64,000 nt of DNA from the NCBI RefSeq assembly GCF_964355755.1, contig NC_092671.1, forward strand, positions 40,434,304 to 40,498,303. The letters are read 5' to 3'. This DNA comes from Antedon mediterranea. Its lineage: Eukaryota > Animalia > Echinodermata. The translations under genes were made by a program, and so were the position numbers. Each line of letters opens with the position of its first letter. The first letter of the stretch is position 1. Of the stretch, positions 26,558-39,803 are shown piece after piece. The notes under the pieces are model-generated. The model saw only the letters and a program-made list of their open reading frames with translations. It was not told the origin of the DNA and ran no database searches.

Positions 26558-26715
26558 AGCTTGGTTCCCACTATGACGCAATGCAAGGACGTAGACGCAA
26601 CGCAAGCGAGATGATCACCAATGGCAAGCGACAGTTCGATGATCCATCGCGTTGTGATTGGACAACTCGCTTGCGTTGCGCTTACGTTCTTGCGTTGCGT
26701 CCTGGGAACCAAGCT
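26558..26715. mobile_element. Harbinger-like MITE family B variant
   Basis: TIR AGCTTGGTTCCCA / TGGGAACCAAGCT with palindromic GACGCAACGCAAG interior; 42 nt beyond the stop of the C2 gene. Confidence 0.8.
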
Positions 26716-26757
26716 ATACTCTGCATTAACATCCATCCCATGATGAGTTGGTGTTAA

Positions 26758-29113
26758 TCATGATTTGCTCATATCTGGCGCTGACAATTTATGCCACATG
26801 ACAACCGGCTTTTGAGGATGCGCAAACATGTCTTTCCAATGCTCACGTCCACTCCCTGTGACGTCATGATTCAACACAACTTCTCCTATTGGTTTATTCT
26901 TTAATTTATTCCACTCTGTTACTGCCACCACCATAGTTAGCTCCTATAAAGATCAAGAGGCGTAAGTTTAATTAGTTTAATTATTTGTATTTTTTAAGTA
27001 AATGAAGGCAAATTTGGTTTATGAAATCGATCATCTATGTATATCAGTATAAGCATATATTTATTTATTGTAACTACTTTTAACACTGTAACATACAAAT
27101 GAGAGAAAAAATGTTTTAAAAATATAAATATAAATGTACACATAACAGAGTATCATAATAAAAGTGGGACGAACCCACACAAGACAGTGATACTTGAATG
27201 TTGTTTTCCGTCTACTTACGTAATGAATTACATTATTAGAATGTATGTCAGAACTTACGTTGATTTTGTCAAATGGTACATCGAATACGAGTGTTTTGTT
27301 AAAGAAAGGGTTTAGCGTTTCCTTTATCACCCTCGTTTTCTTCTTAGCTAACGATTTTTGGAAAGCTATCAAAGTAACTTTGACGTATGGATCTGAAACA
27401 AACAAAATATTAGGTTGATTGTCAAGAATTTGAAGGTGTAAAATTATCAATATATAAACACTTTTTTGCAAACGTATTTGATTTAATTAGTCTTATTGAG
27501 TTTATATGACGTCATTATTGATCTTTGTAGACGTATTTACCGTTCTATACGTTACCGTTTTATGCTTTACCGTTGTATGCGTTACCTTTCTATAATGCGT
27601 AACTCTTCCATGCGTTCTCGTTATATACATTATCGTTCTATAATACGTTACCATGTTATGCGTAAAGCGTGGTTCCCACTAGCGACGCAACACAAGGACG
27701 TAACGCAACGCAAGTGAATTGACCAATCACAAGCGATGGCTTATTCGCTTGTGATTGCTAACTGTCTATAACTTCGCTTGTCATTGGTTAAAACGCTTGC
27801 GTTGCGTTTACGTCCTTGCGTTACGTTCAAGTGGGAACCAAGCTTTACCCGTCTATGCGTTACCGTTCTATTACGTTACAGTTCTATTACGTTACCGTTC
27901 TATAATACGTTACCTGATAATCCGCTCTTGTCCATTGCCTTTAAGTCTTTCGCTTCAACGATGTGCACCGACAGTTTTCTTTCCGGGATGACGTAACGAA
28001 GGGAGAAACATACCTCTCCATAACTTGGGGGTGCAAGTGTTTTCTTCTACAAGCCAACAATTGTTGTTATTTCATGACGTAAGAATAACCCTATTCTACT
28101 GCCAACGCATAGTGAATACCTCTTCATACAAACAATGTTACCATAACCAAACGTGTCATCAGCCATATCACCAATATAACAACACAAACAATGTTACCAT
28201 AACCAAACGTGTCATCAGCCATATCACCAATATAAACAACACAAACAATGTTACCATAACCAAACGTGTCATTAGCCATATCACCAATATAAACAACACA
28301 AACAATGTTACCATAACCAAACGTGTCATCAGCCATATCACCAATATAACAACACAAACAATGTTACCATAACCAAACGTGTCATCAGCCATATCACCAA
28401 TATAAACAACACAAACAATGTTACCATAACCAAACGTGTCATCAGCCATATCACCAATATAACAACACAAACAATGTTACCATAACCAAACGTGTCATCA
28501 GCCATATCACCAATATAACAACACAAACAATGTTACCATAACCAAACTTGTCATCAGCCATATCACCAATATAAACAACACTAACAATGTTACCATAACC
28601 AAACGTGTCATCAGCCATATCACCAATATAACAACACTAACAATGTTACCATAACCAAACTTGTCATCAGCCATATCACCAATATAAACAACACAAACAA
28701 TGTTACCATAACCAAACGTGTCATCAGCCATATCACCAATATAACAACACAAACAATGTTACCATAACCAAACGTGTCATCAGCCATATCACCAATATAA
28801 CAACACAAACAATGTTACCATAACCAAACGTGTCATCAGCCATATCACCAATATAACAACACAAACAATGTTACCATAACCAAACGTGTCATCAGCCATA
28901 TCACCAATATAACAACACAAACAATGTTACCATAACCAAACGTGTCATCAGCCATATCACCAATATAAATAACAACACAAACAAATCAAAGGTTTCAACA
29001 CAGAAATATATTTCTATTCTATTTCTATGTTCAGAATAGACAGTTTTATTGGTTATATTTTTCACTATTCTTTAATCCGAATGTCAATAATGTAAACCTA
29101 CCTTCTTTGCCAT
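26758..29113 (-). CDS. Single C2-domain protein resembling synaptotagmin C2B, about 154 aa
   Basis: Exons 29113-29102, 28046-27914, 27392-27259, 26943-26758; [78 protein letters not shown]. In-frame TAA lies upstream of the ATG in the same exon. Confidence 0.85.
27666..27844. mobile_element. Harbinger-like MITE family B
   Basis: Inverted near-identical copy of 11546-11724, inserted in a degenerate TTACCGTTCTATA repeat tract (about 27535-27912). Confidence 0.85.
28128..28983. repeat. Minisatellite, 56-57 bp x about 15, intronic
   Basis: ACAAACAATGTTACCATAACCAAACGTGTCATCAGCCATATCACCAATATA(A)ACAAC; units alternate 56/57 bp so no stable reading frame. Confidence 0.95.
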
Positions 29114-30997
29114 CCTCACAATATCCAATTTATGAATCAATTTTTAACCAGATGTTTTTCCTGAAAAAAAAAAGGATTATTATTTATATAATACAATAAT
29201 TATCATAATTCATAAATGAATTATTTTTAATGAGGCTTGCGTGTCGTATTTTATCTGGCAGCAGGCACAATATGATATTCCCGAGGTTTTAAGATTAGCT
29301 CCATGCTCTGGTGTTGTGGCTATGATACATAACATTGACAATTACACTGACGTCATCATTATTTAATACCGGTACTGAGTACCAGCAAGTAACGTCAACA
29401 CAATAGAGTATTAAAACCAGTTACAATTATTTCGTCACGTAACTGCAGTATTACATGACAACAATTGGACTAACACGACTGTTCAGCACAGGGTGCAAAT
29501 TAACACTGCTTTTGTCGTTGGATAGTGAAGCCATAAAATAAACAAGAAGCTACAAACTAACATCTCAATAGTAGTCCCATAAACTATTTTTTTCGGCACC
29601 GATGCTGTAGACTTACAGAACGTCTTTCGGATGAAGCATTAAGCATAGGCCTATACTTATTGGTTTACTTTATTGCATAATGCTAGGCCTACTTCGGTAC
29701 TCTCTAAATTTACCTTTCCTCTAGTCAGGCCTTATCTCGTTTTAAAACAAGAAATAACGAGAAAAAAGTAGGCACTCTACATATTCAGTAGGCCTACAAA
29801 ACACATCACAATGATAATTGGATTCAGTTTATAATGTTAACTATTACTTTATACATTTTTGTATCCTCGGTGTACTCATACAATGGCGTACTAATAATAC
29901 TTTAATAATTATAAAAATAAGAATTATATCACAGTCTTCTTCAGAAAAGTGGAATGTGTCATTAAATTGACCTGATAATATAACAGAATGCACACGTCGT
30001 AATCTGGCGTATTATAACTCAAGCACTGCTATTCTATTATTGTATTTCGTTTAATAACTTTGTATTGTATGTTACTGTGTCCTGAATAGTACTGTAGTCT
30101 ATTTATAATTTCACAATAATCCTGGATCCGTCACTGAGATTTCTTCGATAAAAATTACAAAATTATCAAAGCACTGGTCTAACAATCCAATCACTGAGCA
30201 GATACATCCGTATGCTTATAATATTAATTCTGTGATAAAAGGTTGATTCGATAATCAATATTATTAATCGATAACAAATGACGAACCGATGGTACATAAA
30301 AATGGTGTCAAATTCAATATATTTTAAAATAGTAGGATTAACTATGTACCGTATCATCCCACGATAAACTGAATTGAATATCATTCAATGTATTCACCAG
30401 GCAATGTGAATTCATCACATTGCTTCCGCGATGTTCTGCTCCGCTCTTTAAAATCAACAATGTTAAAATCGGAATTATTATGGCATAAATAATATCACAA
30501 TACAAATATTCTTTTTATTGACAATATAAACACTCGCAACACGAATAGCAATAGAAGTATAATACGTCTGTATACTTTCAGATTAAAAACCTGTTATATG
30601 GCTTCACAGTGCCTGTATAGGCATACAATACTACAATACGGTTCCACAAACCACCAGTTGGTAGAACTTTTTGTGGCGTCACATAATTATTTGGACTTAT
30701 GTGACATGGGGCTTTACTGTTAAAAGCTTACTAACCCGTTTGTCTACATTAACTTATACAAACACATTGAAAGAACCATCTTACTTGTTTTTAGACGTGA
30801 TTTACACTCAGCTGAATACTTCCAGGTTGAAACTCCATGTCTATTTCGTTTGATTGTAGGAGGCATTGAACCGAGGAATGTTAACAAAAGAAGTTAAACA
30901 ATAGATTATACTGTAGGATATTTTGTTTAAACACCAACAAATTAATAGCGCCACCTTTTTACCATTATTAGTGACCACGGTTATACCATGGAGGAAT

Positions 30998-31082
30998 TAT
31001 TTAGATTTAAATAATGATTTAGATTTAAATAATGATTTAGATTTAAATAATGATTTAGATTTAAATAATGATTTAGATTTAA
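30998..31082. repeat. Minisatellite, 18 bp x about 4.5
   Basis: ATTTAGATTTAAATAATG repeated. Confidence 0.9.
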
Positions 31083-31462
31083 TTCATTCCTTTATGGTTA
31101 TAGTATAAGAGCCCCTCCCTTGTGACACCTCTTGTCAGATGACGCCAACGCCACGCCGTGCTATGGGGAAACTTTCCATGAACGAATCCTTAATTGGAGT
31201 TCTTATGGCTTAATTAATAAAAATATTACTTAAATTTAAAGAACATCGGGAAATTATGTACTGTTTTTTTTAATCACATTCGGCCAATATTGAATTATAT
31301 ATGTGTTGTCCATGGGTTGCCTTTGTCAGAAAGAAAGTTAATCTTTATGGTGAATCTAATTCACCATAAAGGTCTTTCACATCCTGTTCCGGCACGGTTC
31401 TGGAACAGGTGTGAAAGACTATATGCATGTAGCTGAACACCTTTTACGCGAATTAGACGTTA

Positions 31463-31675
31463 AGCTTGGTTCCCACTAGCGACGCAACGTAATGCAATCT
31501 ACGCAACGTAAGAAAATGCCCTTCTAATAATAGTGTTTTCCCTCGCCCCCTGCGTGAAATAAAACCTGCGATGTTTGCAACACTATTGCGTCGTCGGTTC
31601 CCACTTGTGATTACGCAATACAGCACTTTGCGTCAATATGTCGCTGCGGTGCGTTCCAGTGGGAACCAGTACGCT
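31463..31675. mobile_element. Harbinger-like MITE family B variant
   Basis: AGCTTGGTTCCCACTAGCGACGCAACG...GCGTTCCAGTGGGAACCA with a different interior. Confidence 0.7.
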
Positions 31676-33229
31676 TTACCCCCGTCTCTAATACCAACTG
31701 TGTAGATCTGTGTGTGAACAGAGATCTAACGTAGGCCTAATGTGGCGGAGGACGTACGTACCACTCGAGGTGACGTACACCACATGACACTTACATTACA
31801 TTACAAGTGTTGGATACCAATTTAAGCTAATAAATATTTAGCTGATCAACTATTGTTATTTTAAATTGATTTAAGAATATAGTATATAGGCCTACTTCTA
31901 ACACCAATTTCTTGATTTCTCAATAAAGCATTATCCGAGGTAATTTGCGGTGAAAGCACAATCGTACGAAGTATAGGTTCGTATAGGGGGAATTCTAATG
32001 AATTTCCAAGATTTGATTCATCATGTTCGATGGTCCCGGATACATAGTCGTAAGATATTTCAAAATATGTGATTCTTTATGTCTCAGGATTTTCCAGTGA
32101 AGCTAAAAATAATAGTATTCAAACGTGCGTGATTGACCACTGCAGACGAAACGAACTGTAAAATTCGATAGAATACATGTATTATGAGCCTGAAGAGCGA
32201 GGCAGATGAGCCTTTATAGTCTGTGTAAACATTGGATCATCACAGCAGGGATAATTAGAATACTACAGTGCTGATATGGTACCGGTAAGTAGCAATGTTC
32301 TAGAGATGGGAGTTATTACCATATTGTTATTTGTTATCAGTCTTGCCCTCATACCGCCTGGCCTCATCCACGAGTTTAAGACACACCCCACAATAACAGA
32401 TTAGAAAGAATAAATAAACATACACACGCCCTTTTCGTAATCACAGTTTGGCGTTATTAAACTGAACATTTTACAATATGGTGTTTGAATATAATACTTA
32501 TATAGGTGAAAGGTTTTAGATACATATTTCATGATGATGCTAATGTTACAGCGTATAGTGAGATATTGTAAACGTACAGTATGTAGTAGGCATACACATT
32601 AGATATGGTGACCCCATAAATCATTTGTAGACACGTCATGTCATGTGAATACATTTTAAGCTCATTAAATTGAATTACAGTATTATTTACAACATGTATT
32701 TCTATATTCCTACAATACATTCATGCTGTGCCGTATAATCCATTATATAGTGTTTACAACATTTTATATTTATTATGTCGTCTCTTCCTCATTATCATAC
32801 GAAGGTAAAAGGTAAAATTGACTATGCACTGAACGCTTCAGTTGGATGATGATGATGTCGATGATACAAACCGAATGTGTTGTGACGTGTTGCTCGATTG
32901 GATAATAAATGCACAATGAATAATAATAATAATAATAATAATATTTAAAATTACTAAAGATAATAGGTTAATTGTTTTTTTTTTTATTGTGTTGACCACA
33001 TTTCTATTTTCGAATGCTACCTTATTTTTTTTTTATGAGTTTTTTTGTTTAACATAACAAGTAAAATAAATAAATAAATAAATATATTCAGACATTGGAT
33101 TATTTTCAGTAGGGATGTCCAATCTGAAACTAAGTACATGAAGCCTATTACGCCCTTTTCAAAATCCATGACTTCTATTATGGGACGCGTAATAGCCTAT
33201 AGATACGAGCAATTATTTTTTTTTTACAG

Positions 33230-36200
33230 AATAAAGCGCCGAAGAATGAGTATTTGGTTCTGGACGCTGCGTATCAACTACGAACTATTTACGAAAGTGA
33301 AAATGATCCCAAGAAGATAAAAGGTGATCTTTCACATTATCTATATAATCAATATATTTATATCGTAGTGTAAGCATGGTAAGGTATGTTCAGTAATCCG
33401 TGGCGTTAATTAAGCCAAGGTGTGTTCAGACACAACGATCAACATTACAATGCCTTGCGATTAAAACACCCTGATCATTATGCAGATAGAATGTGTGTAC
33501 ATTCATGACAATGCATGAACATTTACATCCCAGACTTTTGTTTAATTTTTATTTATAATTTTGTAATTTTATTATCATAGTTAAGTTAAATATGACAATA
33601 ACTAATAGATCTAGATGCATTTTAAAGTTTAAAGTTAAGCCAGTCTCGTGTGCAATCGGACTTTTATTATTCATTTCGCGTCATTTTTCATTCATTCAGT
33701 CATTATTCAGTATCAATCATTGTGTCATATATCTATCATATAGGCCTACCCCCATTCATTTTCCATTTCAATTCATTTCAGAATTGACAGTTCGTTCATC
33801 ATGGGAAAAGAAGTCCAATGTCACGAATTGCGCCGATTGTTCAAAGACATTTAAAAACCGAGTGATTCAAGGTTTTAAAAGAAAACTTCACCAAAAAAAC
33901 GCCGTTGATAAATTCAGATGTTTGTTGTGTGGAAATGTGTTTTGCAAAGAATGTGTGAACGAAATTCCTCATTATATATTCAGTATGTTGATATAACTTT
34001 ACTTTGAATCGAAATACATAATAAAATGATAATAGATTTAAAATAACTGACTTTTACAGAATAAAAAAAAACGACGCTCCAAATCTAGAAAAGGCCATAG
34101 AGTGATGGCTTCTGAAAATGATCGAAACTATATAGAATTGTTTTCTGAGATGGTTATCATTAGGTCCAGCTTCGAACAATAAAAACAGTTACTAAAACGT
34201 TGCTTTTCGAATCCGACAAGACAAGCATTCAAATTAATGGTTATTTTTTTCAGACTTATCAGAGGAACAGGAGCAGAAACGAATAGATGCGTGTGGAAAA
34301 TGCATTATGGAAGTCAACGAAGAGTATACACGTAAGACACAAGAACAAAATTTAGACGAAACAGTAACGAAGGTAATTACTATAATCAGTAAACTGATTC
34401 GTTTTCTGTTATTTTACTACAGTAGTGCAGTAGAGTAATTTCAAAACTATGTACTTTAGATAAAGGAAGAAATAGAAAGATGGAACGAAACTTGGGAAAA
34501 ATACACGACGATGAAAAAATCTATAAGGTACGTATGCTGATCATTAAAATACAGTATAAAAGATATAGGCACTCGTACATTGGTCAGATGTTATACTTTG
34601 ACGTAATTGTACTTGAACAACTCGGTAAATAAACGCACACGCGTATACGTACTACGTACCGTGGGCCCTATACTATTTGGGATACATTACCAACCGTAAT
34701 ACTTTAAAATCATATATTTTAATTTATAATTGAAGCAAATATACTAATATTGAAATTGATGACATGGAAAAGGAAGTTCTTGAGGGAATGGATGCTATTT
34801 CACACTGGAGGTACGTTTGTGCATGGAGTTATACATTATATACCACCATGGTTTGTGTGTGTAATGATAGGCAATTGTCGAATTAATTGATGAATGGCAT
34901 ACAGCTTATTAGAAATGTCATAATTAACAATAATTATATTCAGGGGCGGTCGCGCCCTCCAGGGGCGGTCGCAGGACTATTTTAAGTCGGTTGCCCAAAG
35001 AGTTCATGATTAATTTATAATCACTAGATGGCACGCTCGCTTCGCTCGCGTACCATCTAGGTCGTGCCCACATATGGTTCTCGAATACATAGTAATTTCA
35101 GCGTAAAAAAACTGGCGATTTCAAAATGTAGGCCTACGTACCGCATGACTATAAAACATTTATTTATGTATTTATGTAGTCAACCAAAATTAGCACCGTG
35201 CGAATTACTTCCAAAAGAGAAACTTCTCACAAAATGAGTCCAAATGTTTCATTTGGACTCATTTAAACAAACCCAATTTGTATTTTGTATCTAACATTAT
35301 TGAGGGTTGGGTTTTTTTTTTAATAGGCCTATAAATAACATAACACTAAATAGAGTAAAACATTTCCGATTTAATAACTGTTAAAATTGTCACTGTCATA
35401 GTCGATTGAAATAGTAAAGTACATGTAACGATACACCACCACGACGTTTATATTTTTTGTAATTATTAATCAATACAAACGTTGAGAAGCAACTGTCAGT
35501 AATAAAGTATTATATTATTATGTGTTTATAATCTAAAAGTAGGGGCTACCCACACTCACAGTAATAAAGTTTATTAGTATATTTGTTTATATTATAATAA
35601 ACAGTAGGCCTACCAACGCACACAATAAGAAATTTGCGATTCAAATGGCTATCAAAAGTGGTTAATACCTATTTACAGTATTGTATAGGTTTACAATACT
35701 ATTTATGTTTATTCTCAAAGGGCCCATAAATTGACCTACTTGTGTTAAATCATGGAGGTATGCAAGCATGGTTAAACCAAATAATTTGGAATGTTCCATT
35801 CATCGCAAATCAATACATTTGTATAAACGTATATTAAATCTATCAAAATAGTATTTTTTAAAGAAAATCGGCCTGTCTTCAACATTATGATACTCTACTC
35901 GAGCTGTTCAACCGGTTTTCAGCTATTAAAAACAATTATCGTAGGAGGAGATAGGAAAATGCGAAGTATCTTCGTATTATTGTGTACAGGTATTTTTCAT
36001 GAGGACATCCATTAGACAGTGTATACCACGATCGGAAAACACCCCTATTTGGGGCAAATGGTTGAACCTAAATTCGTTTTAATTGTCAATAACTAATTAT
36101 CTAACTAAATTTAATTAGTAAACAGGGTTACATCAGGTGGTTAAAATCAGTACCGAGATTATGACCAACTTTACATACCATCGAGTACACATTCTAGAAA

Positions 36201-36720
36201 TAACGCGCGATTTACAGAATTTTGCCCTTACGTAAATTTATATATAGATGAATCTTACATGCGAGAGTACCATTTCCGGCTCAAATACTCAGTGTCTACA
36301 GACACTTTGGGAAACCCCCTTAAAATAGTCCCGCGACCGCTCCTGATATTGAATCTATTTCAGTAGGCCTATAATTTAAATGTATACTTTACTAGGTACA
36401 ATTATTAGAGGAATTACAAACTTTATTATTCATTATTTAGGCTTGAGTTACAAATTGATTGGAAAGATGACAACGGAATTATTACACAAGACACGTATGA
36501 TGAAATCATGAGTATTTGCGATAACATTATCAGTAGAGAGAAAGAATTACATCTACTTAAAAATCAAAACAACGAAATTAATATTGTTAAGAAAAAAGAA
36601 TCGCGTTGCCGTACTTGTATTAGAAAATGCTTGTGTTGTTTTGGTGTAAAAGAAGATAAACAAAATGAAGCAGACGATAGCGTTGATGAAACTCAGCATT
36701 TTAAAACAGCAGCTTTGTAA
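33230..36720 (+). CDS. Atypical FYVE-type zinc-finger protein with coiled coil and Cys-rich tail (start codon not resolved)
   Basis: Phase-consistent exons 33230-33323, 33782-33982, 34254-34372, 34460-34527, 34736-34810, 36441-36720; eight Cys in FYVE spacing (CADC, CLLC, FCKEC, CGKC); C-terminal RCRTCIRKCLCCFG. Confidence 0.75.
34941..36345. mobile_element. Non-autonomous TIR DNA transposon (hAT-like CAGGGG ends)
   Basis: CAGGGGCGGTCGCAGGACTATTTTAAG (left end partly duplicated at 34941 and 34960) and CTTAAAATAGTCCCGCGACCGCTCCTG; ATATT direct repeat on both flanks; no ORF. Confidence 0.75.
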
Positions 36721-36744
36721 TGTTTACTGAAAAGGAGTCTCCAA

Positions 36745-36882
36745 AGCTCTGTTTACACTATCAACTTTACGTAACAAAAACATGTGATGTGCCCATATAT
36801 GGACATGATGACATCATATCACTACCATATTTGAACATATCACACTTTTTTGTCAAACTAGTTTGATAGTGTAGACAGAGCT
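36745..36882. mobile_element. Harbinger-like MITE family A
   Basis: Full TIR pair, 24 nt after the stop of the FYVE-like gene. Confidence 0.85.
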
Positions 36883-39553
36883 TTAGATCATCAAAATAAC
36901 TTCATAGTGCTTCGTGCTAGTTTTTTTTTTATATACTGCCATTATAATTATCAATTATTTAATTTTCACAAACGACGTATTTCAAAAGCTAATTGAAATA
37001 TTGGGGTACTTGCTATCTTTTCTTTCTATATGAATATTGTAACTCATGACATTAACCACACTACCGGTACAGCAATCTATTACAGTGCAATGATGTACAC
37101 TATTTATGTTAAGTATCTCATATACTACATTTATATAAAATATATAATTGCTAGTGCTTTCTAATTTAATATTATACATTTGTAATTCTAAAGGTTAATA
37201 TGACATATGGTCAACACACGTGAAATTCACAGTATTTGGTTAAAAGAAGTAAATAAGATAACTGAATATCCTGTAGGCCTACTGAAGTTTATTTTATGAA
37301 AGTAAATTTTGCTCTAATTTCCGTCAATTTTAAATGAATAAGTGAATTTACTAAAGTGCTTTGCTTTGTTGAACTCATACCACAATCTTGCCAAATAATT
37401 GTTAGTTTACTAAGAACAGCAAGCAAGTACGTATATATTCGCTTTTATTCATAGTCATTGGACATAATTACTGTATAATCCTGCGTGAATGAATGTACGT
37501 ATTACTTCCTGTGACCTGACATACTGAAATGCAATCACAAATAGGTAGCATGCCGTCACACGTTCGTAAATTGATAGATATTCAATAATGTAGATAAGTA
37601 ATATTATTATCGCTATTGTATGGAGAATATGCGAGTAAAATTTAATGTTTGATTAAAGGCTACTGGTAAAATGATGGATACATATGTTTAATTTGTACAA
37701 AAATACTCTTACGTAACATAAACCATATCCTGTTCAAATTCTAAAATCAACATTTTATTCGTACACAATATCATTACTAATCATTCGAAATATTTATACC
37801 AAGTATCAAGCCTGAAATTTGTTTAACGTATAATCTTTGGCAGGTGCTGAGTAGAAAGAGAAACACCCCGCCCCTCCCTTAATTTAAATTCTATAAACAA
37901 TAGTTCAAAAAAATCAAAATCTGTGTGTTTTTATGTTCAACTATGAAGTCTTCTACCTGCATCTCCATCGTCTGAGACAATAGTTCCATTTTTATTGGAT
38001 GAATCTTCAGAAATTCAATCCTTAAACACCACTTACATACAGGAGCCTATTCACTACAAGTTATGCTTGGATTTAGACTCCTCCACTTTATATATATCTT
38101 AATAGTAAAGTGAAATAAATGAAATGAACATACAGTGAGAATCGTTGTGTTTGACATTACTTGAACTTTGAAATGCAAATTATAGTTTACTGACATTAAC
38201 ACCTGTTCTCACGAAAACGTTGATAAATCCTTCCAAATGGCAAAATTACTTGAAAATCAATATAGAAATTGACACGGGGAAATATCTATTTAGCAATATT
38301 CAAACAACGTTATCCATGTTATCAAATGGTTTTCACACACTATAGGTAGAGTTTTATAAAATATTATATGCCAACAAAATATTCCAGAACATATACAAGT
38401 ACATGTAGTATATATAATAGCCAAAACACAATTTGTTGAATAAAATTTATATAAACACTATTAAAAGGTCATCATTCTCTCAAGGTAAACAGTCACCGCA
38501 GAATAAAAAAAACAGTAATAATTAAACATTAATATATTCACAATTTCTGTATAAATTAAATTCAATTTTTTTTTGTTAAATTCATTCTTATAAATTCATA
38601 TAAATTACAAGCACATTAACTTAATATTAACAAAATAAAATAATGTTCTCATATTACTTCATTAAAATCATTAAATCATCTTGGCAGCATGATTTTGTTT
38701 AAATGTATAAATTACAGTTACACCAAAGTTTTACAGAATATTGTACATATTTATATACATTCAGTAAGAATTGAAGACAATTTTACACTCACAAGTTATA
38801 AGGCAAGTTAGAGGTAAAATCATGTTATTTTTAATTTGGTTCTTCATTTACAAATACAATTTTTACATTGCATACACAGGTGCTCCATTGTCACACAAAA
38901 ATGACTATACAATAACTGTTTAAAACGGATGGCATACTTCATTATAAAATCAGAAATACTTATTCAACTATATGAGTTAATATATACAGTAAATTTAGGA
39001 TAGTAAAATAATAAAATTGCAACTAAAAAATACACTGTACTATGAAACTACTGTGAAACAAACACTATTGTCATTAGGTTCAGTGTTAGGGTGCAGTAAT
39101 ATTGTCACTTAATAATTTACTTAAATGTAATTTAATTTTGCATAAAACATCTTAGTAATTTTTTAGTGAAAGTATCATTTCTAAAGCATCAGACACTTAT
39201 ACATGTTAACTTGTTATGTTTTATTTAAACACATCTAGACCAGCTTTCAAAAAAGCTTTTAATCCATCAAGGTCTCAAGTTGTTATTTGCACATTGTCTG
39301 ATAACATTCTCTATTCATGAATGTTACAGTCATTTTATCAAGTATCAATTGATGTGAATTCCTACATATTATAGCAACCACTGATTAATGCTATTATAAT
39401 ACCTGATGACAATGTGCCACAAATGTACCAACAAAATTATTGTTGCAAATTTGTTATTTCCTAAAGGAACTAGATCTTGGAAATGAAAATCACTCTTAGT
39501 CTTAGAAATAAGATAAAAATCTAATTAAAATTATTAAATATTCTTTCCTGATT

Positions 39554-39803
39554 CATGAGCTAGGCACCCACTGTGGCTCCCTACCTTCTCCATGAGCTAG
39601 GCACTCACTGTAGCTCCCTATTTCATCCATAAGCTAGGCACCCACTGTGGCGCCCTACCTCATCTATGAGCTAGGCACCTACTGTGGCTCCCTACCTCAT
39701 CCATGAGCTAGCCACCTACTGTGGCTCCCTACCTCTTCCATGAGCTAGCCACCCACTGTGTCTCCCTACCTCATCCATGAGCTAGGCACCCACTGTGGTT
39801 CCC
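39554..39803 (-). repeat. 37-bp tandem array x 7 copying the MPP7 C-terminal codons and stop
   Basis: Plus-strand CATGAGCTAGGCACCCACTGTGGCTCCCTACCTCATC at 39554, 39591, 39628, 39665, 39702, 39739, 39776; the last is the coding EPQWVPSSW. Confidence 0.92.

Noticed and set aside
28025-28808. Overlapping short ORFs in the 56/57-bp array
   Set aside because: Unit length alternates, frames shift; array lies within the C2 gene intron and contains no matching splice signals.
9090-28983. CRISPR-like appearance of the 54-bp and 56/57-bp arrays
   Set aside because: Head-to-tail units with no unique spacers, no cas genes, eukaryotic intron context.
31998-33135. Candidate first coding exons of the FYVE-like gene
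   Set aside because: Splice-like signals exist but I could not join them to exon 33230 in an open frame; left unresolved.
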